64,000 nt of DNA from positions 32,001-96,000 of the forward strand of contig JBIKUX010000003.1 in assembly GCA_044347345.1 (NCBI GenBank), given 5' to 3'. This document shows positions 1-10,342 of this stretch, piece after piece. Under the pieces are notes generated by a model, which saw nothing but the letters and a program-made list of their open reading frames with translations, searched no databases and had not been told where the DNA came from. Source of the stretch: Bdellovibrionota bacterium. GTDB taxonomy: Bacteria > Bdellovibrionota_C > UBA2361 > JBIKUX01. A program made the position numbers and the translations under genes. The stretch's first letter is position 1. Each line of letters starts with the position of its first letter.

Positions 1-759
1 AGTACAGGCTCTTCCGGAAATTAAAACCCGATCTCCTTCCACTTCAACTATCACTTCGCCACCTCGTGCTGAGGCCTGAAATGCTGTCAGGCGTGATTTA
101 CCGAGGGTTGTCGCCCAATAAGGAGCAAGGGCCGTATTTGCGGAGCCTGTTACAGGATCCTCGGGCACGCCTAGCTTGGGGAAAAAACCGCGATAGATAT
201 AGTCGTAGGGAGCAATCTGAGAGCGGGCTGTGACGACTAGTCCTCGCTCTGGTAACGTTTGTATAAGACTGAAGTCTGGCGTGAGCTTTCGCAGCGCATC
301 CTCGGTGTCCAGTACAGCGAGGCAATCCTCACCATTGGATCCGACAAAGTGCGGGTGGACGGCCATTATTGCTTTGGCTATCTCCGCAAGTTCTGGCCTC
401 GCTCGAGCATCTTGGCGAGGAAAGTCCAATGTGTACATCTCGGATTCCTTTTCTACAGTGAGCATACCGCTGCGACTCTGGAATTGGAGAGTTTTGCTAT
501 TGGTAATGCCCTTAGTCCACAGGATGTGCGCTGCGGCCAAGGTGGCATGGCCACAAAGATTCACCTCCGCATTGGGGGTAAACCATCTAATCTCCATGTC
601 CGACTCACTAAGAAGGACAAAGACCGTTTCGGATAGGTTCATCTCCATTGCTATTTTTTGCTTGAGGTCGTCACTTATATCTTCCTTGAGTACGAACACC
701 GCCGCGGGATTGCCGGTAAAAGGCCTATTGGTAAAAGCGTCAACTTGCCAAAACTGCAT
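1..759 (-). CDS. PhzF-family isomerase/epimerase (3' end runs off the window; missing from the ORF track)
   Basis: Manual translation from ATG at 759: MQFWQVDAFTNRPFTGNPAAV...MNLSETVF...RWFTPNAEVNLCGHATLA...EDPVTGSA; strong RBS (GAGGAGG) upstream; frame open to base 1. Confidence 0.9.
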   Translation of the reverse strand, partial: MQFWQVDAFTNRPFTGNPAAVFVLKEDISDDLKQKIAMEMNLSETVFVLLSESDMEIRWFTPNAEVNLCGHATLAAAHILWTKGITNSKTLQFQSRSGMLTVEKESEMYTLDFPRQDARARPELAEIAKAIMAVHPHFVGSNGEDCLAVLDTEDALRKLTPDFSLIQTLPERGLVVTARSQIAPYDYIYRGFFPKLGVPEDPVTGSANTALAPYWATTLGKSRLTAFQASARGGEVIVEVEGDRVLISGRACT

Positions 760-803
760 TACTCCTCCTCTTCACTTCGTAAATAGTTGTACACAGTAGC
801 ACC

Positions 804-2102
804 CTAAAGATATGCGGAGAGCGCATAGAGAGGGATGTTTCGAATCTTCTCAGCAGAGGGTATGTTACTGGCGGAGAGAACTACTGCTTGAACATCGGTG
901 CTCTGTGCTAAGAGAGATTGTATGCTCTTTATGCGAAAGCGCTCACCTGATTTTACCTCCATCGCCTGAACACGCCCGCCCCTCTCGAAGACGAAATCGA
1001 CCTCTGCCTTGGCGCTGCTTGTCCAATAGTAAAGCTGCTCAATCCCATGTGCTCGCAGCTCTTGTGCGATGAAGTTTTCTGTCATAGCGCCCTTGAATTC
1101 AGTGAATAACTCATGCCCCCGAACAATAACGTCGCTCTGTAAGTCAACGAGACTCCCTAAGAGGCCCACATCAATGAGATATACCTTAAAAGATTCTGTA
1201 TCGGCATAAGCCATAATGGGCACTTTGAGTGTCTCTGTATTGATCACCTTCGTAATAAGCCCGGCACTTAAGAGCCACTGCAAAGAGGACTCGTAGTCAC
1301 GCGCTCGGGCGCCTGTCTTGATGGCTGTGAATATGAATTTTTTATTCTCTTTGGCAAGGTGCCGTGGAATAGAGTCCCAGATGCGTGAAATCTTCACGAT
1401 ATCTTGGGCTCCGGCATGTTTGGCGAAATCTAAAAGGTATGCTCTTACAATGTCTCGTTGAACACTTCGAACCTGAATGGGATCGCGAAGCGCGGCATAG
1501 GTTGCAACGGCCTCGGGCATTCCTCCTACGTAGAGATAGTACCGCAAGAGCTGCATAAGGTCGGCATGCAGGAAGGCTGAAATCCTGCCGCTGTTTAGTT
1601 CAGTCCGGAGTGCCTCGAAAAGCTGCTCCCTTCCCAGCGCACGGAGAAACTCTTGGAAGTTTAAAGGATAGAGCGTCTCAAAGTTTACCTTTCCTACGGG
1701 AAAGGATTGTTGATGTCCTAATGCAAGCTCGAGGTGAGAGCCTGCACACGCAATGTGGTACTCATTCGCTTGCTCGTTGAAATACTTAAGGCTAGTGAGA
1801 GCTTGCGAACACAGCTGTATCTCATCGAAGATAAGGAGGGTTTTGTGAGGGAGTATAAGGTTTTGTGAGTAAAATTGGAGCTTCTCAATGAGCTGAGCTG
1901 GTGCCAGCTTCCCCTCGAAAAGTGGCGCAAGATTCCTATCCTCCTCGAAATTAAAGTACGCATAGGTATCGTATTCCGTCTCCCCAAAGAGCTTGAGGAG
2001 TGCCGTTTTGCCAACCTGGCGAGCCCCTTGCAGGATAAGGGGCTTACGGCGCGGGGAATTTTTCCACTGCACGAGGCGAGGGTAAAGGATGCGAGGAATC
2101 AT
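804..2102 (-). CDS. AAA+ ATPase (AAA_14 + DUF4143 type)
   Basis: Walker A GARQVGKT, Walker B LLIFDEIQ, YVGGMPE, C-terminal AEVDF...EVKSG motif. Confidence 0.9.
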   Translation of the reverse strand: MIPRILYPRLVQWKNSPRRKPLILQGARQVGKTALLKLFGETEYDTYAYFNFEEDRNLAPLFEGKLAPAQLIEKLQFYSQNLILPHKTLLIFDEIQLCSQALTSLKYFNEQANEYHIACAGSHLELALGHQQSFPVGKVNFETLYPLNFQEFLRALGREQLFEALRTELNSGRISAFLHADLMQLLRYYLYVGGMPEAVATYAALRDPIQVRSVQRDIVRAYLLDFAKHAGAQDIVKISRIWDSIPRHLAKENKKFIFTAIKTGARARDYESSLQWLLSAGLITKVINTETLKVPIMAYADTESFKVYLIDVGLLGSLVDLQSDVIVRGHELFTEFKGAMTENFIAQELRAHGIEQLYYWTSSAKAEVDFVFERGGRVQAMEVKSGERFRIKSIQSLLAQSTDVQAVVLSASNIPSAEKIRNIPLYALSAYL

Positions 2103-2420
2103 GTAATATCAAGATGTTGCAAATTTACGACCATATTTTTGCCATTTCTGCCTTTTATAATGCTCTAATATTGCAACAGTCGCCAGATCTAACGTTATTT
2201 TTCATGCGAGCCTTTCGCCCTCGGCTCACTTCGTTCAGGGAGTCCCCGGCGATCTTGAGCACCTAGAATTCCCCGAGGGAACTGAAAAGGGGGCGGGGTT
2301 TGGCGGGGTATTGTTCTTACGAACTTTGCAGCGGGGTATGCAGCACACATTTTCCTGGTTCGCGCTCCAAATTGCCATTTATGCGCGCTTCTCACATGGC
2401 GTTAACAGTTTTGGGCGACG

Positions 2421-2454
2421 CATGAAGAAAGCCCCAAAAGGGGCTTTCTTCATG
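2421..2454. terminator. Perfect 15-bp-stem hairpin, probable terminator
   Basis: CATGAAGAAAGCCCC-AAAA-GGGGCTTTCTTCATG. Confidence 0.6.
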
Positions 2455-2941
2455 TCTGGAGCTGTGGTGAAAAACTCACGGATGGGTGTTTCAGCAAGAA
2501 CTTATCAGGGGGAGAGTCTCATTTTTTGGGTAGAGTGACTAAGGATTGCAGAGCTTAACCAACCACTCTCCCCTATCTGCGTAATCATCGGCAATCTCCG
2601 TCACATTTGCTTTGAGAGCAATAGCAAGATCGTTATTGTTCGGATGTCAAGAATCGTTGGGCCACTGTAAGATGAACATCTGGATGTCAGAGCTGAAGGG
2701 CTCGATTTGCTCGATATTAGACGATCCTCCTCCCCGAAAAATTGCCGCGACTACTTCTCTGGAGAATCCGGCAGCAACTTGCAGCTCATACCCAAGGAGT
2801 TTTGCCTTAGTTTTTGAATCTACCCTAAGTGGGTTATCGAGCCGAACTGCGGTGACCCTTTGCCGACTGTTGCTCCACTGCCTAGAGCGATGCTAAGTGT
2901 TACGATTCTTGCGGAGCAAGAAGGGGAACCTCGGTCGCCAG

Positions 2942-4402
2942 CTACTTCGGAAGCTCTATTTTAACTTCCCCGAGCTTTTTCTTGATACTGAGAGTTGCAA
3001 GTGCATCACAGAACATGGCTGCTGAGAAGAGCTGACGATCTAGGTCAGTGCTTCGAAGGGCGTGCGGTGTATTGCCACATCTCCTGCAAATGCTTGAGAG
3101 GTAATCCACCTCCTCCTGGATCGCCTGGGCAACTTCGGGGTCAGTCTGTGATACGAGGTTGGCAAGATCGGACACAGCGCTAGCGAGCATCTCTGCTGTG
3201 GGGTAATCTTTAGCCTTCAGAAGGCGGGATTCTTGATTCCCTGGACGTAGGTAATCGAGCATCATGACGACGTAGGATTGAAGCCGAGACACACAGGACT
3301 GTTTCTCGAGGACTAGGCCAGGTGGCGTTGCATAGGCCCAATCTGTTCGGAGAGCGGAGTGGTTCCGTTCCTTCCAACTGCGCCACTGTATATAGACCCG
3401 ATAGGGCATCATGACCGTTCTCTCAGTAGGGTTCCGTTGAGCATGCTCTGCTCCGCGAAGCATTACTAAGTAATCCTCATCGATGGTACAGGTTGCCAAC
3501 TCATCTAGGAGTCCAAAATTTGTATTTTCATTGTCTACAGAGTAATTCATGGCAAAGAACGCGGCGCGAGCAGTTATGGACGGCCCACCAACGCTGCGAG
3601 TGGCATAGCCGTTCTCAATGAAGCGGATTGCATAGAAGGAAGAGCTTAAACATTCCCCGAACATTGCAAGGGAGGTCACTCCGGGCATAGGTAATAAGCG
3701 ACTTTGAGCATGGGCGACCTTAAGGGCTGGATTAACTTCGTAGAGGGCTGCTACTGAATCGAGGTATTTCTCCTCAAAAACAGAGTCTGCATCAGCCCAG
3801 ACCAGCGGACGAGCAAGACCGCGCTGGGCATCAAGCTTCAGTAATGCCTCGATAGCCGAGAGCGACCCCAAAGCTCGGGGAAAACCGACGGAGTTTCGAC
3901 TGAGTACGAAAGGAGTAAGCCCGTCTTGCGGAAAGGTTAAGTTCTCTCGTTCTCGCAGGTCGACAGTATGAAAGGTGTCTCTATCAAGACTACGCAGATG
4001 TGCTATCGTCTTTGCATTTTGCTCCTTAGCTTTTTCATTGGCATCGGCTGAGTCATTAACGATGACGACTAGTGGATGCTCAGGAGTGTGTGGACTGGAA
4101 AGCTTAACCTGATAAATGGAGGGCTCGCGATGAGCTGGAATTATTGTTACAGTTCGCGGGTCGCGTAGCTTAAGTTCGCCTATCTTTGCCTTAGCATCTG
4201 CGAGTGCTTTATTGGCAAGAGGTAGTTTGTCTATTAGGCCAGCCTGATTAAAGCCTGGATCTCCGAAAAAGTCTTTTACGCTTATTGCGTGAGATAGGGG
4301 ATGAATGGCCAAAGGGGGGTCGATCACATGACTCAGGTCGACTTGCTTGACATGATATGGAATATCTGAGTTATCTTGAGGTTGAGGTGTAAGAGGTGGC
4401 AT
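2942..4402 (-). CDS. Divergent GT-A fold (GT2-like) glycosyltransferase with a low-complexity N-terminus
   Basis: TIIPAHRE, LVVIVND, DxD motif WADADS, GGPSITAR and DEDY occur in the usual GT2 order. Confidence 0.55.
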   Translation of the reverse strand: MPPLTPQPQDNSDIPYHVKQVDLSHVIDPPLAIHPLSHAISVKDFFGDPGFNQAGLIDKLPLANKALADAKAKIGELKLRDPRTVTIIPAHREPSIYQVKLSSPHTPEHPLVVIVNDSADANEKAKEQNAKTIAHLRSLDRDTFHTVDLRERENLTFPQDGLTPFVLSRNSVGFPRALGSLSAIEALLKLDAQRGLARPLVWADADSVFEEKYLDSVAALYEVNPALKVAHAQSRLLPMPGVTSLAMFGECLSSSFYAIRFIENGYATRSVGGPSITARAAFFAMNYSVDNENTNFGLLDELATCTIDEDYLVMLRGAEHAQRNPTERTVMMPYRVYIQWRSWKERNHSALRTDWAYATPPGLVLEKQSCVSRLQSYVVMMLDYLRPGNQESRLLKAKDYPTAEMLASAVSDLANLVSQTDPEVAQAIQEEVDYLSSICRRCGNTPHALRSTDLDRQLFSAAMFCDALATLSIKKKLGEVKIELPK

Positions 4403-4691
4403 GCCTAGCTTTGATACTCTTCCTTTACCCTAGAACGTCCGCAACAAAATCCGTTTGTAGCAAATCCCTCAACTCGACCCCGGTATTGGATGGTGCTTCG
4501 TGTAAAGTTGTACTCCATCCTCTTACTCCCATCCTCCCCATCCTCTTACTCTCAGGGATGTAAAGGAACCGGTAAAGGAACCGCAGCATAAAGCTGGACG
4601 TCAAACCACTTGTCAATAATTCTGAGTTATTAGAAGACAACCCTGCTAACTCTGAGTACTTTTTGCTCTGTGCATACCAACAACTTTAAGT

Positions 4692-4740
4692 CCAACACCT
4701 CTAAGTCCCCAACACCTCTAAGTCCCCAACACCTCTAAGT
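4692..4740. repeat. 17-bp tandem repeat, about 3 copies
   Basis: CCAACACCTCTAAGTCC repeated head-to-tail with no spacers. Confidence 0.9.
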
Positions 4741-4745
4741 CTCTG

Positions 4746-4787
4746 AGAAAAAGAAGCAAAAGAAGCCAAGTAGCCTGCTTTTGCTTT
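4746..4787 (-). terminator. Probable intrinsic terminator of the 4800..5138 gene
   Basis: AAGCAAAAG...CTTTTGCTT stem followed by a T-rich run on the minus strand. Confidence 0.55.
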
Positions 4788-4799
4788 GGGAGGTTGTTA

Positions 4800-5138
4800 T
4801 TACTGAGAAGTCCATCCCTTACCGCTCACAAAAACGTTCTCGTGCGCGTACCGAAAAAGGGTGTTACGATCTGTCTTGCCTCTCTCAATATCATAGGCCA
4901 TCAAGTTGATAACCATTTGTTCATACCCCGGAGCGAACAGACCCCTGTGAGTGTTCATATAATCCTTAAATACCTCGCGAGCTTCTTGGAGGCTCGCCAC
5001 AGTAACTACAACCCATATTGGGTCCTGCCCAGGGTTGCCGATGTTAACATTCATTGTTATCTTTTTGGCATCTAGTATCTCGGACAATATCTCCTCCCCC
5101 CCCCCATTGACAACGGGCCTCGCCTCATGAATTGGCAT
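4800..5138 (-). CDS. Hypothetical protein, 112 aa, with a G10 tract near the 5' end
   Basis: RBS AAGGAG before the ATG and a downstream hairpin; no recognisable family. Confidence 0.6.
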   Translation of the reverse strand: MPIHEARPVVNGGGEEILSEILDAKKITMNVNIGNPGQDPIWVVVTVASLQEAREVFKDYMNTHRGLFAPGYEQMVINLMAYDIERGKTDRNTLFRYAHENVFVSGKGWTSQ

Positions 5139-5569
5139 ATTTGGCTTCTCCTTGGTTAAACGCTTTTGTAGTGGTTATTAGGTGCTAACCTATCCCCCTT
5201 GACTTAAGTCCCGATAACACAAGATTTAGCTTGCCAAATAGCTCTTTTCCCCCCTAAAGCCCCGATCCAGCAGTCATGGTAGCTGCGCTGTCGATTAGTC
5301 AAGTGTTCGCTTGACGCCGCTCGCTGCTGTTGCTCGCGCCCTTGACTAATTCGTCATATGCTCAGATGAAAAAGAGACACCCCGTGCTTGGATTGTGGTG
5401 GGAGGTATTCGATAAGTTATATAATATCTCTTTTCTTAGAGCGTTTATATTGTTAGGTCTCGGAATGCGGCATCTAATAAGCGAGGGAAGATGGACGACG
5501 TTTCTCGGCTGCCTTGTCGCCGCAGTAGCAGCCATCATCTGTATGGGTGGCAAGGAGGTAGTGTGGTGG

Positions 5570-5824
5570 GCTGCTGGCGGAAGCGCGCCAGCTCGGAAGA
5601 GAAAGTTCTTTGGAACCGTTGAGCTTCCAGTTGCGACGTCCATTATGAATTTCGGCGAGCTGTACAAGGAAATCATTCGGCATCTGACCAAAGATCCGAC
5701 GGCTTCGGTGAAGCTGACCTTGGAGATCGCCGCCGAATTTGGGAATGGCGCGCCGGAAGATATTCGGCGCACGGTCGCGGAAAACGCAGCCGCGTTTAAG
5801 CTGAAGGCCGGGGAATGGGAGTGA
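5570..5824 (+). pseudogene. C-terminal fragment of a DUF499-type AAA+ protein
   Basis: RKFFGTVEL...EIIRHL...VKLTLEIAAEF.NG.PEDIRRTVAENA resembles the conserved C-terminus of DUF499 proteins; high GC; upstream part of the ORF is unrelated. Confidence 0.6.
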
Positions 5825-5912
5825 AGCTCCTAAGCTAGCAGCTAGCTATATGATACTTATCGCTATTGCAGAAGCGAATGGCGGGAGCCTTACCGGCTTC
5901 CCACCGTGGCGG

Positions 5913-6200
5913 TCAGTATTCGCCGGGGAGCATGATGGTCTTGTTGGCGACATAGAGGGAGAGCGTGGGAAGCGGGAAATCAGTGAAGGGGATGCGCTTG
6001 GCGAGAACGATATTGCCGTTGCCGTCGTCACAAGACAGGCGGGCGGAACCGCCTTCGGAAATGGTGAGCTTCCAATGTTGGAACGGTTCGGCGGCGACCT
6101 TTGAGCCGGGGCGCTGGGCGAAGGCTATCTCGTCCAGAAGCCAGTAAGCACCAGCTTTTTCAGCCAGGTATTGCGCGCCCTCGGTATAGAGGACGGAAAC
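5913..6200 (-). pseudogene. DUF6876-like protein lacking its N-terminus
   Basis: Manual translation [24 protein letters not shown]...EPFQHWKL...CDDGNGN...IPFTDFP...IMLPGEY*; no start codon before the junction with the bioB fragment. Confidence 0.65.
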
Positions 6201-6207
6201 GGGCGAG

Positions 6208-6474
6208 GCCGCTACTCGTATTGTGATGCCGAAGGTGCGTGTTCGTCTGAGCGCAGGGCGAAGTCAGCTTACCCGGGAAGCGCAAGTGTTGTACTTTCTT
6301 GCCGGTGCCAATTCTATTTTTTATGGAGATTCGCTCTTAACAACGGGCAATCCTGAGGAGGATTGTGATCGTCAGTTATTGCGCGATATTGGGGTGCAGG
6401 AGGGAGGAAATCTAAGAACGCAAGACGAAAAATCCATCAACTTCAGTCATCAGCAGTTCGGTTCCACCTGCTAG
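6208..6474 (+). pseudogene. bioB: C-terminal fragment of biotin synthase
   Basis: [17 protein letters not shown]...[29 protein letters not shown] is the BioB C-terminus; the radical-SAM CxxxCxxC region is absent. Confidence 0.85.
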
Positions 6475-6545
6475 AACGAAAACCAAACTTCTCGCCGGTG
6501 AGGATCGATAGTTTGTGGGAAGGATGGTTGTGGGGGTGAAGGATT

Positions 6546-6745
6546 TCAAAGATGCACCTTGAATTTTCTGGCCACCCTTTCCCACATTTCAGGCGAGAGG
6601 GTATGGCCGACGTTTTCATCGATGAAGTAAGAGAAGTTACTACTCGCGTCCTTGGAGTCGTACACCCTTTGCATACGAACAAGACCCGAGCGAACAAACT
6701 CGTCAGGCTCAACTTGGTACTGAACCTTTCCTATGGATTCGCAAT
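6546..6745 (-). pseudogene. Probable C-terminal fragment of an alpha/beta hydrolase
   Basis: Manual translation ...MQRVYDSKDASSNFSYFIDENVGHTLSPEMWERVARKFKVHL*; GH motif followed by a terminal helix. Confidence 0.4.
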
Positions 6746-6763
6746 TCAGTGTGCGGATGATCT

Positions 6764-7674
6764 ATGTTTATCGGCCGGTCTCGTGAACTGGCGCTCCTTG
6801 AGGAGCGGTTTCGGTCTTCCAAGGCGGAGTTAGTTGTTCTGTATGGTCGGCGCAGAATTGGCAAAAGCTCACTTATTCGGCACCTTGTTGAGGAGGACAC
6901 CAATCTCTTCTTTGAAGGGCTTGAGGGACAAAAAACTCCTACGCAGATTGAAGCTGCGATTACTTCTTTGCGCGAGCAGTGGGACGAGATGTTCTTAAAT
7001 TCCTATGCATACACTTATTTGAAAGAAGAGATACTGGCCGAGCCGAACAGGTGGTGCGCTTTTTTGCACCATTTAGCCGATTCCTTTGAGTGGTGTGGCT
7101 ACGATGAACGGCGTGACTCTGAATTTTGTCGAGGTTGGCCGTGATGTTGGGGTAGATGATAAGACTGTAAAATCACATTTTCAAATTTTAGAGGATACGT
7201 TAATAAGGTTTTTGCCACCTGCCTATCATCGATCTGTAAGTAAGACTCAGCTTCACTCCCCCCAAGATTTTATTTCTTTGATTGCGGTGTAAAACGATCT
7301 TTAGAAAGAACTATACCGTTCCTTTGTTGCAAGCTAGTTACGGTTACGGCAAAGCATTTGAACATTTTATAATCGCAGAGATCGTGGGTTTAAAAGACTA
7401 TCTAAGGAAAGATTTTCGACTATCCTATGTGCGATAGAAGTCAGGTGCGGAGATAGATTTGTTTATTGAGCGTTCCGGACGAGATACCGCTTTAGTTGAG
7501 ATAAAATCAACAACAGAGATTAAGGAAACACATTTCAAGTATCTTAAAGAATACTCTTCAATCATTAAAGATTCTGAGGCATTCTGCTTTTCAAACGATG
7601 AGAGAAGTCAGAGGATTGAAGGTATAAGGTGCTTTTATTGGAGAGAAGGTTTACTGGAGTTAGGGTTAGGATAG
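6764..7674 (+). pseudogene. Chimeric, decayed AAA+ ATPase (archaeal-type ATPase N-terminus joined to a DUF4143-type C-terminus)
   Basis: MFIGRSREL...YGRRRIGKS joins SYAYTYLKEEI...DVGVDDKTVKSHFQILEDTL...AFEHFI...AEIDL...VEIKS, with frameshifts and an in-frame TAG at 7435-7437. Confidence 0.8.
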
Positions 7675-8382
7675 ATACTGTAAAATAATTCTCGCGGAGA
7701 GCCACTCTCTAATACCGTAGTGAGAGCTAAAGGTTTTGTTGTCTGCAATTAAGTTGAATAAAGTAGCCCCAGCTAAGAATGAGATTAGTTTTACTTTTAC
7801 TTTCTCACCAGTATTTTTGTGGTATGAGGTTTTTATCTACGGAGATGCCGTGCGACCCTCCCCCTTCAGGTATGACTGAGTATAGACACTCTTGGCATTC
7901 GGTAATGAGCCTGACGTAGTCGTTGTAGACTCTGCCGGGAGCCCGCACGCGCCAAAATTCAATAAAAAAGGCAGGTCCAAATTTGTTCTAAACTATTCTG
8001 TTGTGGCCGCCTGTAGGTTTAAAAGCATAAGATAAGGAAAGCCTTTAATTTTTAAAATATCAGCTATATAACTGTGAGGCTAAAAAGAGCTTCTGGGGAA
8101 AAATGCTAAGGTTAGATTTTTGACTCAATTTTACGCCAGAGGGAAAATGGATAGGTAAAGGTGTAATTTGAGTCGATACGTGTGTGTAGAGTAGATTAGC
8201 CGATAAATGAGTTGAGTTGAGCTGAGTTAAGTTAGAGGGGATGGTAAGGGAAACTTAAGTGTGCTCTTATGAGTTAATTAAGAGAAAATATTGGGTCTAG
8301 GCTACGCGTAAGGTTACCTTAAAGCCACTACACCGTCTTAAGCGGTTGAGAAAAAAGGTTATCTCTAGCAAAGAAGTAACTT

Positions 8383-8464
8383 AAAGAAACAGGCGGCGAA
8401 AGAGAAGCAGGCGGCGAAATAGATACAGGTGGTGAAAGAGAAACAGGTGGTGAAATAGATACAG
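8383..8464. repeat. 18-bp degenerate tandem repeat, 4.5 copies
   Basis: AAAGAAACAGGCGGCGAA / AGAGAAGCAGGCGGCGAA / ATAGATACAGGTGGTGAA / AGAGAAACAGGTGGTGAA / ATAGATACAG. Confidence 0.85.
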
Positions 8465-8749
8465 AGCCTCATAAAAAAGTACCCGATAGGGAAGAGGCCT
8501 GAGAGTTTTTATCTGAGAGTTTTTAGCAGTGTCGCTAATCTTATATAGTTTGGTGACTTGTTGTTTGGTGACTTGTAGTTTGGGACTTAGCCTACTTGGT
8601 TCGTAGGCGAAAAATTTTAGTAAGTAAGAAAAAAATTCAGTAAAGAAATAAATTTAGTTAAAAAGTTTTAAATAATGAGCAAAAACGACATTAATTTATA
8701 TTTTTACTGATTTTTTTTGTAAAGTAACGACTAATTTGGATTAAAAAAG

Positions 8750-9439
8750 ATGAGTAAGATTTTTTCAGGATGTACTTTACCCAAAATTCTTTACTTTTCT
8801 CTTTTTATTTTATTTTGTTCCTGTTCATCTACCTACTTTAATGCAATGGAAAAGCTTGGATATCCCAAGCGCGATATCTTGGTAAAGAGGGTAGCTAGTG
8901 CTAAAGATAGTCAACTGGAAGCAAAGGAGGAGTTTCGTAGCGCTTTAGAGAGGTATCGTGAGGTAATTAATTTTTCTGGTGGCGATTTAGAAGATAAGTA
9001 TAACGACTTAAAGTCACAACTAAATTCTTGTGAGAGTCGGGCTGCTGAAGTTAGAAAGAGAATAAGTTCGGTAGCTGAGGTCTCTACCGCGCTTTTTAAC
9101 GAGTGGCAGAATGAGCTTGATACTTTTAGCAACCAGTCGTTAAAGAGAAAAAGTAATGATCAGTTAAATAGAGCACAAAGACAATCGCATAAACTCTTAG
9201 CTGTAATGCGTGAAGCAGAGGCTAGGTTAGAACCAGCTCTTCGTCCACTGCGAGACAATGTACTTTCTCTAAAGCATAATCTTAATGCTCGAGCTATTTC
9301 GGGGCTGCAATCAGAATCAAGGTTAATTGATGAGCAAGTATCAGAGCTAGTAAGAGAATTAGAACGCTCTGTGCATGAAGCGGAGAAGTATATTGAGTCA
9401 CTCTCAGAAGCAGAAGAAGCAGAAGAAGAAGTAAAATAA
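8750..9439 (+). CDS. DUF2959-family coiled-coil lipoprotein
   Basis: Lipobox-like CSCSSTY, AMEKLGYPKRDILVKRV, DNVLSLKHNLNARAI. Confidence 0.85.
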   Translation: MSKIFSGCTLPKILYFSLFILFCSCSSTYFNAMEKLGYPKRDILVKRVASAKDSQLEAKEEFRSALERYREVINFSGGDLEDKYNDLKSQLNSCESRAAEVRKRISSVAEVSTALFNEWQNELDTFSNQSLKRKSNDQLNRAQRQSHKLLAVMREAEARLEPALRPLRDNVLSLKHNLNARAISGLQSESRLIDEQVSELVRELERSVHEAEKYIESLSEAEEAEEEVK

Positions 9440-9621
9440 CAAAGACTGGTATCAGATAATTATACTTTTAATTAAGTAATACCAATCGCACTAGCAATAA
9501 AGAGTAAAAGTCAAAGGTTAGTTTGTATAGGTTTTAATAAATTAAATTTTTTTTTGATACCAAGCACTACTTTAAAAAAAGTATCATAACCTACAGGTAG
9601 TTTGTTTAAAAAAATTAATTT

Positions 9622-10333
<712 letters not shown>

Positions 10334-10342
10334 CGTTTTAAT

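Noticed and set aside
230-799. Plus-strand ORFs 230..799 and 259..636
   Set aside because: Antisense shadows of the PhzF-family gene on the minus strand
2498-2580. SAM-I riboswitch or 6S RNA suggested by CTTATC and a long stem
   Set aside because: Lacks the conserved SAM-I core elements, and there is no suitable downstream gene on that strand
2539-2835. Minus-strand reading frame with an internal TGA at 2647-2649
   Set aside because: Protein-like, but no start codon and no recognisable family; cannot be supported as a gene
4692-4740. Possible CRISPR array
   Set aside because: 17-bp units are directly adjacent with no unique spacers, and there are no cas genes in the window
5330-5570. N-terminal half of the 164-aa ORF 5330..5824 as a real membrane protein
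   Set aside because: Composition shifts at about 5570 and only the distal part resembles a known family; likely a chance open frame across a junction
8199-8206. Sigma28 -10 element GCCGATAA
   Set aside because: No TAAA-like -35 at 15-bp spacing and no gene start close downstream
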